Shown here: positions 26,850-36,335 of the stretch, one piece after another
Layout of the letters: every line of letters starts with the position of its first letter
How positions within the stretch are numbered: position 1 is the first letter of the stretch
Assembly (NCBI RefSeq): GCF_006345805.1
Contig: NC_043001.1
Coordinates: forward strand, 27,590,001-27,654,000
DNA: 64,000 nt
Direction: 5' to 3'
Origin: Octopus sinensis
Lineage: Eukaryota
Notes under the pieces: model-generated
What the model was told of the DNA's origin: nothing
Seen by the model: only the letters and a program-made list of their open reading frames with translations
Databases searched by the model: none
Translations under genes and position numbers: made by a program

Positions 26850-27975
26850 TAGGTTCCGAGAGGAAAATAACTTCCTTAGGGGCACCCAACACAGATTCTC
26901 TTCACAAAGGTGCTGTCTCACACAACTCCTACAGCATTATGGCTAAGTACTAAAACAGTTACTCAGTCATTCAAATATCTCTTGAATTTGCAAAGGCCTT
27001 TGTTAAAGTCAGTCATGAGATGATATATCACACACTTAGTAATGGTAGCATACTTGGAAAATTAGGGGTGTGGTTGAATGACATGTTAAAAAGTAGGAGT
27101 CAAACAGTTGCAGCTATTGGTGCTCTTAGATCAATTCTAAGCAGAGTCTCTTAGGAAACTTTTGGAACCACTGCCGTTTGTAGTGGCTCTCTCATCATAC
27201 AGTTAACAACTCTTACCAGCTATGCTAATGATACAAAACTATCACAGACAATCAAGAAATCTATTGATAATGCAGAATGACATAAAACCTGAATGCAGTA
27301 TACAAATGGGCTGAAGAAAGCAACACACTCTGCTACCATCACACAAACAGATCTCAGCTAGAACATATAAAACCAGAAGGTATTGCAGTCTTGGAGTCAC
27401 AATCAATACATTATCAGGGAATTGATGTTGGTAATTATACATCATTCTGTGTGCTTATTAAGATGGCAACAGTGTGCAAGCAACAGGATGGTTGGATTCT
27501 GAGATCATTCAGAACAAAACATAAAAGGAAACCAGGATGGCCCTCTGAAGAGTATTTGTTTTTCAGTTTCCTGGTCTAATGCTTCCAAATAGGATTGCTT
27601 CATTACCACAGATAAACTACTGGGAGACATTAAAAAAACTGAGGCTGTACTCCCTGGAACAAAGACATGAAGGATAGGAAGTGATATGTATATATGAAAA
27701 GATTCTGGGGGTTCTGGTACCAAATATCCCATCTTCTCCATCTAGAATAAGAACCTGAAACTATAACAGCTTAGGGTTCGAAGGCCAACAACTTTTCAGT
27801 ATCCTGCCAAAAAACCTTATAAATCTACAAAGCATAAAATGTGGATGTATTTAAAAAAAACACTTAGACAAATTTTATCTGAGATCCTAGATAAACCTAC
27901 ATCAAAGCAAGAAATACAAGTGAGGACAGCAATATCCAGTTCTGTCATTCGTCAAAACCAACTATAGAGTGAGGG
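26850..27975 (+). mobile_element. CR1/Jockey-superclade LINE RT fragment
   Basis: QHxF..CLTQLL, FAKAFxKVxH, SYAxDTKL and LDx..PDxP motifs across frameshifts. Confidence 0.8.
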
Positions 27976-28301
27976 CTGCAAAAATGAAATAAATTTAAAG
28001 TCCCACCTACAACAGAATTCAGTCCAGTATTTAAACTTTTGTATTTAGATATGTCAGCTGTTGGGTAATGGAGTTTTTAAGGGTTCACAAAAGAGTGTAA
28101 GTAGGTAGTAAGTTGTAGTTTGTTGCCAGGTTGGTGTTATTTAGTGTTTTTTTGATAACACCAAATTTAACAATAAAAATTCTCCATATCAACTTGCCAT
28201 CACAACCTACCATACAACCTAATTAACATTCAACAGAATTCAGCTGACCCTTGAAAATATTAACTTAAATGAGACTACATAAATCCCAGATGAACTGAAA
28301 T

Positions 28302-28356
28302 GTACCACAGTCTGATGATGGCTTAGTAGCTGAAACTTAGAAGTCACTGTCAGTAC
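28302..28356 (+). ncRNA. Type I hammerhead ribozyme motif, core intact, sense in RRP7A intron 3
   Basis: ACAGT-CTGATGA-T-GGCT(TAGT)AGCT-GAAA-CT(TAGA)AG-TC-ACTGT. Helix I extends via GTAC 28302-28305 with GTAC 28353-28356. Confidence 0.8.
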
Positions 28357-28390
28357 TATACTTGTTGAAGAATAATAAATTTGTACAGGG

Positions 28391-28740
28391 TGCCAAGAGC
28401 ACCATCCAAGCATGATCGTTGCCAGAGCAGCCAACTGGCTTCTGTGTCAGTGGCACGTTAAAGGGTACCATTCGAGCGTGATCGTTACCAACGTCGCCTT
28501 ACTGGCACCTGTGCTGGTGACATGTGTAAAAGGATTCGAGCGAGGTCGTTGCCAGTGGCACGTAAAAAGCACCCACTACACTCTCGGAGTGGTTGGCATT
28601 AGGAAGGGCATCCAGCTGTAGAAACTCTACCAGATCAAGATTGGAGCCTGGTGCAGCCAGCCATCTGGCTCGCCAGCCCTCAGTCAAAATCGTCCAACCC
28701 ACGCTAGCATGGAAAGCGGACGTTAAACGATGATGATGAT
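28391..28740 (+). repeat. RTE 3' UTR repeat (alpha variant)
   Basis: Same motif set as 6352-6840. Confidence 0.85.
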
Positions 28741-29022
28741 GGACTACCAAATGTGTTGGGTTATCCTTCACTTCAATGTAAAATTGCTTTTATTGTAACT
28801 TAAAAACAACCATTAATGTGTATATATATATGTAGAGTACTTTTAACGATACTAATGGTTTCATGCAAATCCATTCACAATTATTCAGTCATTGTTCAAA
28901 TAATACTGACTGCTCAGCAAATTTATTCACATAAAAGCATTAGTATCATATTAACAGCACTCTACTATTGTAAAAATTATTCATCCACCAATGCGGTTTT
29001 GATCACACACTCTTAAATAGCC

Positions 29023-29429
29023 ACAGGCATGGCTTGGTGGTAAAAAGCTTGCTTCCCAACCACATGGTTCCAGGGTTCAGTCTTGCTGCATAGGACTTTG
29101 GGCAAGTGTCTTCTACTATAGCCAGGGTTGACCATAGCCTTCTGAGTGGATCTGGCAAGCAGAAACTGAAAGAAGCCCATCATATATACATGTGTGTGTG
29201 TTGCTGTTTCCTGTCTTCTTACCTTAACTTTGCATGATAGTTGTATACTAGTGTCACCATAATGTAAGCAGTGACCTTTGTTTTCAATCTCCTGTGAAAA
29301 CATGTTTGGTCATGAGGAAATGTTATCTTACTTGGAAACAGGTGAGGGTTAGTGACAGGAAGAGCATCCAGCCATAGAAAAATCTGCCAACCCATGCATG
29401 CATGGAAAAGTGGATGCTAAAGTAATGAT
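29023..29429 (+). mobile_element. SINE family B2 (B-type head and core with an RTE-type tail)
   Basis: Same head and core as B1, a different body, and tail GACAGGAAGAGCATCCAGCC..CATGGAAAAGTGGATG..(GAT). Other copies lie at 31700-31950 (-), 51617-51960 (+) and 53045-53270 (-). Confidence 0.75.
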
Positions 29430-30210
29430 AACTCTTTAGTTTGTTACTGACACACACATGTACACATCAGGCCCTGTAAGTAGCTGGGTAGCTCTGCTAG
29501 AAGTCAGTGATCTCGTGGAGGCTTCATGTAATCCTTTTCCTGCTGATGCACCAAACACAAACCTTGGAGAGAAAAGATTACATAAGTAGATGTCAGTGAT
29601 TAGTAGCAATTTGTGAGTGTGGTCTCCTATTCTTCCTTCTACAAATGAGGCTGTGAAACAAAAGAAGAATCTTGTCAAGTCTATTGGACAGTTCTCCTCT
29701 TTGCAAACATTTATGAATTGCAGTCAATGCTTAGTAGCACAAAACCCATACACCTTATTCTTATTTAAGGAGGAACCATGCAACAGGTTGTATTGGGTCA
29801 CATATTACCAGTAGGACCAAGAATGACCTGATATATATACAATGGACTTATGGTTTCCATCTACCAAATTTTCACTCTCAACCTGTGTCTGTAGTAGAAA
29901 ATATCAGCTAGCTGTATCTGGGCAGTGGAAACTATGGGGTTACACCACAATTTTCTTAACAACACAGCTTGAGAAAGTGAGAGTATGTATTTGGAATGCT
30001 GTCATTAATAAAATTCTACATTATAGGCACAGACGTAGCTGTGTGGTAAGAAGTTTGCACCCCAACCACAGGGTTCTTGGTTCAGTCCATCTGCACCTTA
30101 GGCAAGTGTCTTCTACTATACCCTCAGGCCTACCAATTTGTGAATTTGGTAATAGGTGGAAACTGAAGCCCGTTGTGTGTGTGTGTGTATGTATATATAT
30201 ATATATATAT

Positions 30211-31057
30211 GGGGTGCGGTGAATAAACTGTCAAAATTATATAAAAATTAATATAACTCTGCCATCTCATTTTAACAGATATATTTACCAAAATTACATA
30301 AAAATATCTTAAAATACTAAAGGGTAAATTTATACAATAAAATCACCATTGGCTTCAACCACAGCCTCCAGACAACTTCAGAATCTCCTGCAACTCTTTT
30401 AGATGGTCTCCTTGTTTAAGTTGGTGAATGCTGCCATAATCCTTGCCTTCAGTTCATCTTTGGTGTTACAAGGAGTTTTGTTGGTCTCTCACTCAACTGC
30501 ACCCCACACATAATAATCAAGGGGGTTGCAGTCTGGGGAGTTAGGGGTGATGTGGTTGCAGAAATTGTCTGACAGCCATGACTGGGTTCTCTTGCTTGTG
30601 TGGCATTGTGCAAACTCCTGTTGCCAGACATAGGGTTTTCCAGCAGTTATCCTCTTGATCTAGGGCAGCACAACCTCCTCCAGGCACTTGATATAGACCT
30701 CCATGTTGAGTCTGAGGCCATGTGGAAAGATGAATAGCGGCATAATGTCGCCATTACTAGTGATCATTCCAAACACCAGGATGTTGACTGGATGTTTGAT
30801 TTTTTATCACTCTCGGTACACTCCTCGGATTGACACCCAAACATACTAAAATGTTCATATTGTAGCTTCCCATGTGAATGCCAAGCAGTACAGCATGCCA
30901 TTACCAAATTTCTGGCAAAGTGAATTGCATCATAGTGCTGTTTTTCTCACAGATGGTGCCCAACTGACCCTACTATACTTTGTATTCAACAAAACAAGCA
31001 ATATGCATGCACGAAATTTAAAATATAAAATAGTGGCAATTTATCCATCACACCCTT
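30211..31057 (-). mobile_element. Internally deleted Tc1/mariner element, maT/DD37D-like
   Basis: The minus strand gives FIFPHGLRLN..YVWQQ..NSPDCNPLDYYVWG. Similar ends GGGGTGCGGTGAATAAA and GGGTGTGATGGATAAA sit in a TA context. Confidence 0.8.
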
Positions 31058-31441
31058 TATGTATGTATGCATATATATATATATATATATATAAATAAGT
31101 ACTGGGGATGATTCACTTGATTAAAAAGTTCTTCAAGGTGGTTTTGGCAGGCAGAAACTGAAAGAAGCCCATCATATATGCATGTGTGTGTGTATGTTAC
31201 TGTCTCCTGTCTTCTTGCCTTAACTTTGCATGATAGTTGTAAACTAGTGTCACCAAATTTTTTTTTTTAATTTGTGGGTCAATCATCAACATATCTTAAG
31301 AAATGCTGTTGAATGATCATCATGGAATTATAGAAACCATGTGTGGTATTTCTGAAATGTCTTCATAGCTCCCAAAAATGACATTGGGCAGGGTACTTAA
31401 TGCCTCCATCATTCAGCAGGTAGCAAACCAGTGCAAACTGT

Positions 31442-31495
31442 AGTTAAACTAAATGTATTGGTTAAACTAAATGTATTAGTTAAACTAAATGTATT
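31442..31495. repeat. 18-bp minisatellite x3 (RGTTAAACTAAATGTATT)
   Basis: Seen directly. Confidence 0.9.
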
Positions 31496-33534
31496 GTTGC
31501 GGCATTATTTTGACAACAAAATACCCTTCCTGTCTCTAATCCTTACCTGTTTTCCAAGTAAGAGATCTCTTTATTTTACACATCTCAAAAATTGCAAGTC
31601 CAGCAGGGAATTTGTTACCACTTTTAATTCATAAATACTCAGAGTACAAATGTAAACTAACACCCAGGTCACAGACATGCATAAATGCACACATCATCTT
31701 CATCATCATTATTTTTTAATGTACATTTTCTCATGCTTGCATGGGTGAGGCAAAAGTTCATTAAGGCAGATTTTCTGTGGCTTGATGCTCTTCCTACCAC
31801 CGACATTCAACTGTTTTCATGCAAGACGTTTTTCTGACCCCCTGGCCAGACATGCTTTTCATGGAATACTGGAAATAAGCGACAATGCCTATATGATAGT
31901 GATGCTTGTTTAAAACCCTCACATGATGTCAAGACAAGAGTATATATACGCGTATATATGTGTATCATCATCATTGTCGTTTAATGTCCATTTTCCATGC
32001 TGGCATGGGTTGGATGGTTTGACTGAGCACTGGCGAGCCAGAAGGCTGCAACAGGCTCCAATCTGCTCTGGCAAAGTTTCTACAGCTGGATGCCAACCAC
32101 TCTGAGAGTGTAGTGGGTGCCTTTACATGCCACCTGCACAAGGGCCAGTCAAGCAGTTCTGGCAACAAAAACACCATAGGAGCCAATCAGCGGCCCTGGC
32201 AACAATCACGCTCAGATAGTGCTTTTAACGTTCCACTGCTACGAGTACCAATCAGGTGGTACTGTCATCAACCACGTCAGCGATTTTGATATCACTTGCC
32301 TCAACAGGTCTTCGCAAGCAAAGCTTATTGTCCAATGAATTAGGGGTATTCATAAGTGGAGTGGTTACACCCACTAGCATAGGCCATGGGTTATGGTCTC
32401 ATTTGGCTTGTCGGGTCTTCTCAAGCACAGCATATCTCCAAAGGTCTCAGTCACTAGTTATTGCCTCAGTAAGGCCCAGTGTTCTAAGGTCGTGCTTCAC
32501 CACCTCATTCCAGGTCTTCCTGGATCTACCTCTTCCACAGGTTCCCTCAACTGCTAGGATGTGACACTTTTTCACACAGCTGTCCTCATTCATTCACAAC
32601 ACATGACCATACCAGCACAGTCATCTCTCTTGCACACCACATCTGATGCTTCTTAAATCCAACTTTTCTCTCAGGGCGCTTACACTGTTGTGTATGCACA
32701 CTGACATTACACCTCCAGCGGTGCACACTGGCTTCATTCCTTACAAGCTTATGCATGTCCTCAGAAGTCATGGCCCATGTTTCACTGCCATGTAGCATGT
32801 CATGCAGTCTACCTTTTACTCCGAGTGAGAGGTCCTTTGTCACCAGCAGAGATAGGAGCTCTCTGCACTTTGCCCAGGCTATTCTTATTCTAGCAGCTAC
32901 ACTTTTAGAGCATCCACCTCCACTACTGACTTAGTCACCTAGGTAACAGAAGCTAGGTTGACTCTAAGGCCCTTCAATTCTAACCCTTACTTCCACACCT
33001 GAAACTTTTCCTCTAGTTCTGATAGTGACTCAGTAATTAGAGCAAGGTCATCAGCATAGAAGAGCTCCCAGGGGCATCCTGTCTTGAATTCCTCTGCTAT
33101 TGCCTGATGAATAAGAGGGGGTTGTTGACTGATCTTTGGTGGACCCCTACCCCTACCCAGAATTCTTCGCTGTACTCGTTGCCAACTCTCACCTTACTGA
33201 CAGCTCTCACTAACTATTCATCTATCCCAAGTTTCCTCATTGACCACCAGACAAGGAATCTGGGGACCCTATCAAAGGCTTTCTCCATGTCAACAAAAGC
33301 CAGGTACAGAGGTTTATCTTTCATTAGGTATTTCTCTTGCAGCTGTCTCACCAGAAATATAGCATTAGCGGTGATTTTCCTTAGCATGAACCCAAACTGC
33401 ATCTCATTTAGACTGACTCTCTCCTTAATTAGTTGGGCTATAACCCTCTCCATGATCTTCATTACCTGATCCAACAACTTGATACTTCTGTAATTATTTA
33501 TAATTGACAGATATTTGTCCTCCTCTTGTTTGTT

Positions 33535-33580
33535 AACACAACGTTTCAGCTGATATACCCTCCAGCCTTCACTAGGTGTC
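33535..33580 (-). ncRNA. Degenerate minimal hammerhead motif in the left SINE arm
   Basis: GACAC-CTAGTGA-A-GGCTG..CAGCT-GAAA-CGTT-GTGTT. The CUGANGA box is mutated. Confidence 0.5.
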
Positions 33581-33851
33581 TTGGGGAAATTTGGAACCTG
33601 GATTCTCATTCCTAAGGTATTTTTTTATGTTAATATTATTATTCAGGTCACTGCCTGAAATCAAACTCGGAATCTTGGGGTTAGTAGCCCGCGCTCTTAA
33701 CCATTACGCCGTATGCTTGTGGTTAAGAGTGCAGGCTACTAACCACAAGATTCCAAGTTTGATTCCAGGCAGTGACCTGAATAATAATAATAACAACAAC
33801 AACATCGAAAAATACCTTAGGAATGAGAACCCAGGTTTGAAATTTCCCCAA

Positions 33852-33897
33852 GACACCTCATGAAGGCTGGAGGGTATATCAGCCAAAATGTTGTGTT
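33852..33897 (+). ncRNA. Degenerate minimal hammerhead motif in the right SINE arm
   Basis: GACAC-CTCATGA-A-GGCTG..CAGCC-AAAA-TGTT-GTGTT. Two CpG-type changes relative to GAAACG. Confidence 0.5.
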
Positions 33898-35187
33898 AAC
33901 AACAAACAAGGTGAGGACAAATATCCGTCAATTGTAAATAATGTACATAATTCCTCATCTCTTAAATATAGAACTGTATCACCTCTGTAATTATTTGTAT
34001 CTAAAGCGTCACCTTTACCTTTGTAGTAGTTGACTATGGTGCTGCTACAGCAATCATTGGGTATGACTCCTTCATGTATCACCTGGTTAACTATATGGGT
34101 GACTAGACTATACTCGACACTGCCAGATATTTTGAGCATCTCTGCGATGATTCTTGATGGGCTGGGGGCTTTCCCTGTCTTCATACCCTTAATTGCTTTA
34201 CCACACACAGTAATGTCAATTCAAATCGCTGGTCCCTCTGTTGGGTCCGCATTCGACAGATTCTCTTTCTCCCATTCATTCTCTTCATTTAGCAACCTTT
34301 CATAGTGGCATCTCCAAGTCTCTCTCCTTGCAACCTCATTAAATGCAAGTGAGCCATCATCCATGTGGACACATTTCCCTCCTACGACATCACAATTCTC
34401 TCTCAGACACTGTCTTGCAACATGAAATACCTCAAGTCTTTGGTCCTCACAACACAGAAAATTGGCAAATTTTTTCTAATCTGCTACCTCTCTGGCTAAA
34501 TAAACCTGTCTCCTAGCTTCCCTTCTGGCAGTCTGATACCATCGTTCTTCCAGTCTTTCCAAGCCTGTTTCTTTTCACTAATGTTCCACCACCATGTTAC
34601 CTTGGGTCAAGAGGGGCCTTTGCACCATCCACAGATCTGGTCAGTAGCCCTCAGCAGATTATCTTGTAGAAACCTCCAGTGGGCTTCTTTCAGTTCCAGT
34701 CTACCAAGTCTCTTCTAGGCATTAGTCAGCTTAGGGCTATAGTGGAAGCCACTTGTCCTAAGTGTCGTGCAGTAAAACTGAAGCCAAATGGCTATATCCA
34801 TGCCTGCATATATGTTTGCACCTCAAGAGCCTATGTTATCTTCAGATCATGTCCTTGCAACAGAAAATTTCACTCAAGTGCCATGTAATGATATTGTATA
34901 TCTATGATAGCGATTATGTTCCTTCACTTTAAGCACATTTGTCATATTATTTCATTAGAATTGTTGTACCTGTAGACTAAAGAATGTAGCTTGCAGAGGT
35001 ACTTGTCTTTGATAGTCCGAGTACTTCTGAATCCAAAAAGTTCCTAGGTAGGCCACTACCCCACTGTTGTATGTCTCATCTCAGTCGATTTGTATATTGT
35101 TGTTTTTCATGACTAATTTTTTATAATTATGTTAAAAATATACATTTTATCAGTTGTTTTATCTATTTATTTGTTTACTTTCTTCAG

Positions 35188-35317
35188 TGTTACAAAGTGG
35201 CATATGTTGTCTTCAAAAATGAAAACGGTGTAACAAAAGCTATGAAGATATTTAAAGATAATGTGGGAATCTTAATAAAAGAAAAGGAGTACCTTACACA
35301 GAACACTGGAGTTAAAA
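35188..35317 (+). CDS. RRP7A: RRP7A exon 4 (CYKVAYVVFKNENGVTKAMKIFKDNVGILIKEKEYLTQNTGVK)
   Basis: tcttcag acceptor and gtatgc donor. KVAYVVF matches human QVAYVVF. Phase 0-1. Confidence 0.95.
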
Positions 35318-35573
35318 GTATGCTTTGCTTTCTTTATTGATTTACTTTCTGAATTTCTATGAAATATTTGTTCATCATAACCAAATTAATCAGAAATTTT
35401 TAAAATTGTTTAATTTGTTATAGTGACTTTGTGGATGTGTTGTTAAGAAGTTTGATTGTAACTGATGCAACCACCATCTGAATCTTCAGTCATCTTATAG
35501 TAAACTGAATTACAAAATAGATGAAATTTGCATTGTTTATCTCATTTAACCCCACAGAGTAAGCCACTACAGC

Positions 35574-35792
35574 TGAAGGCCTGGGCAACGACGACAAAGG
35601 AGGACCTCTCCGAACTCTCAGGTCCACAGGTGGTTGGTCTGCACAGATGAAATCGCGAATGGCTCGCTATCTCCAGTGACCTCACACGGAACCATCGAGC
35701 GTGGGCCGCCATAGTTTGTGATGCCGTTAGGACCAGAGAAGAAGCCGGCTCAACCCGCCCGGGGTGAATGCCGTCACAAGTACAAGTAAAGT
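35574..35792 (+). mobile_element. GC-rich 5'-truncated RTE LINE 3' end
   Basis: Reads QLKAWATTTKEDLSELSGP..RAWAAIVCDAV..AGSTRPG*. It has a (CAAGTA)n tail and TSD ACTACAGC at 35566-35573 and 35793-35800. Confidence 0.75.
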
Positions 35793-35799
35793 ACTACAG

Positions 35800-36096
35800 C
35801 AGGGGTCGGTGAACCAGAGTAAATTACCCCAAGTGGGATAAAAATGAAATTTTGGCGTGTAATGAGGACTCATTAGACATAAGAAAAATTATATTAAAGA
35901 AAAAATGTGTTCCTTCTTACGTCAGAAATTTTTCTTCTGACAAACCTGCATTTATCCAACGTAATGGACATGTAAATAGATTCAATAAACCTTCTGAATT
36001 CAAAGAATCTATGATCTCCTTTCTTTCAAATCAAGGGAGTAACATCAGCATAAATATATTTGAGGTAATTGGTTGAAAAAAGTTCCCTGACCCATG
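35800..36096. mobile_element. hAT-type MITE
   Basis: TIRs CAGGGGTCGGTGAAC and GTTCCCTGACCCATG. The 8-bp TSD is CACTACAG (35565-35572) / CACTATAG (36097-36104). Confidence 0.7.
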
Positions 36097-36335
36097 CACT
36101 ATAGCAAAATGTATGTCACAGTCCTAGAACAGCATAAAACAACAATCTATGGTGTATGATCTATGGTGTATGTTGCATTTTTTAAACACATGGTATTGTG
36201 TATGTCTGGATACAGACCTACACTTCTAATGATCTGAACCTTTCCTCCAAACTTCATTTATACATTTCTTAATATCTTATTTTTAAAATTTTGGGAATGT
36301 ATGTATTTGTCTGAAATATCCTATTTTGGAGACAC

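Larger units (their letters stand above)
33500..33980. mobile_element. Head-to-head inverted dimer of a tRNA-headed SINE with a hammerhead-like tail
   Basis: Arms of about 215 bp are reverse complements. A/B-box heads sit at the centre. The 16-bp TSD is ac(t/c)tctgtaattattt at 33484-33499 and 33981-33996, within an RTE ORF. Confidence 0.88.
31964..34680 (-). mobile_element. RTE LINE fragment (RT plus 3' UTR), interrupted by the SINE dimer
   Basis: IKLLDQVMKIMERV, AFVDMEKAFDRVPR and LLYADDL motifs, with a (GAT)n tail at 31964. Confidence 0.9.

Noticed and set aside
33640-33780. tRNA genes at SINE heads (also 20730-20783 and 39920-39992)
   Set aside because: The cloverleaves are incomplete, there is no oligo-T terminator, and they run into SINE bodies.
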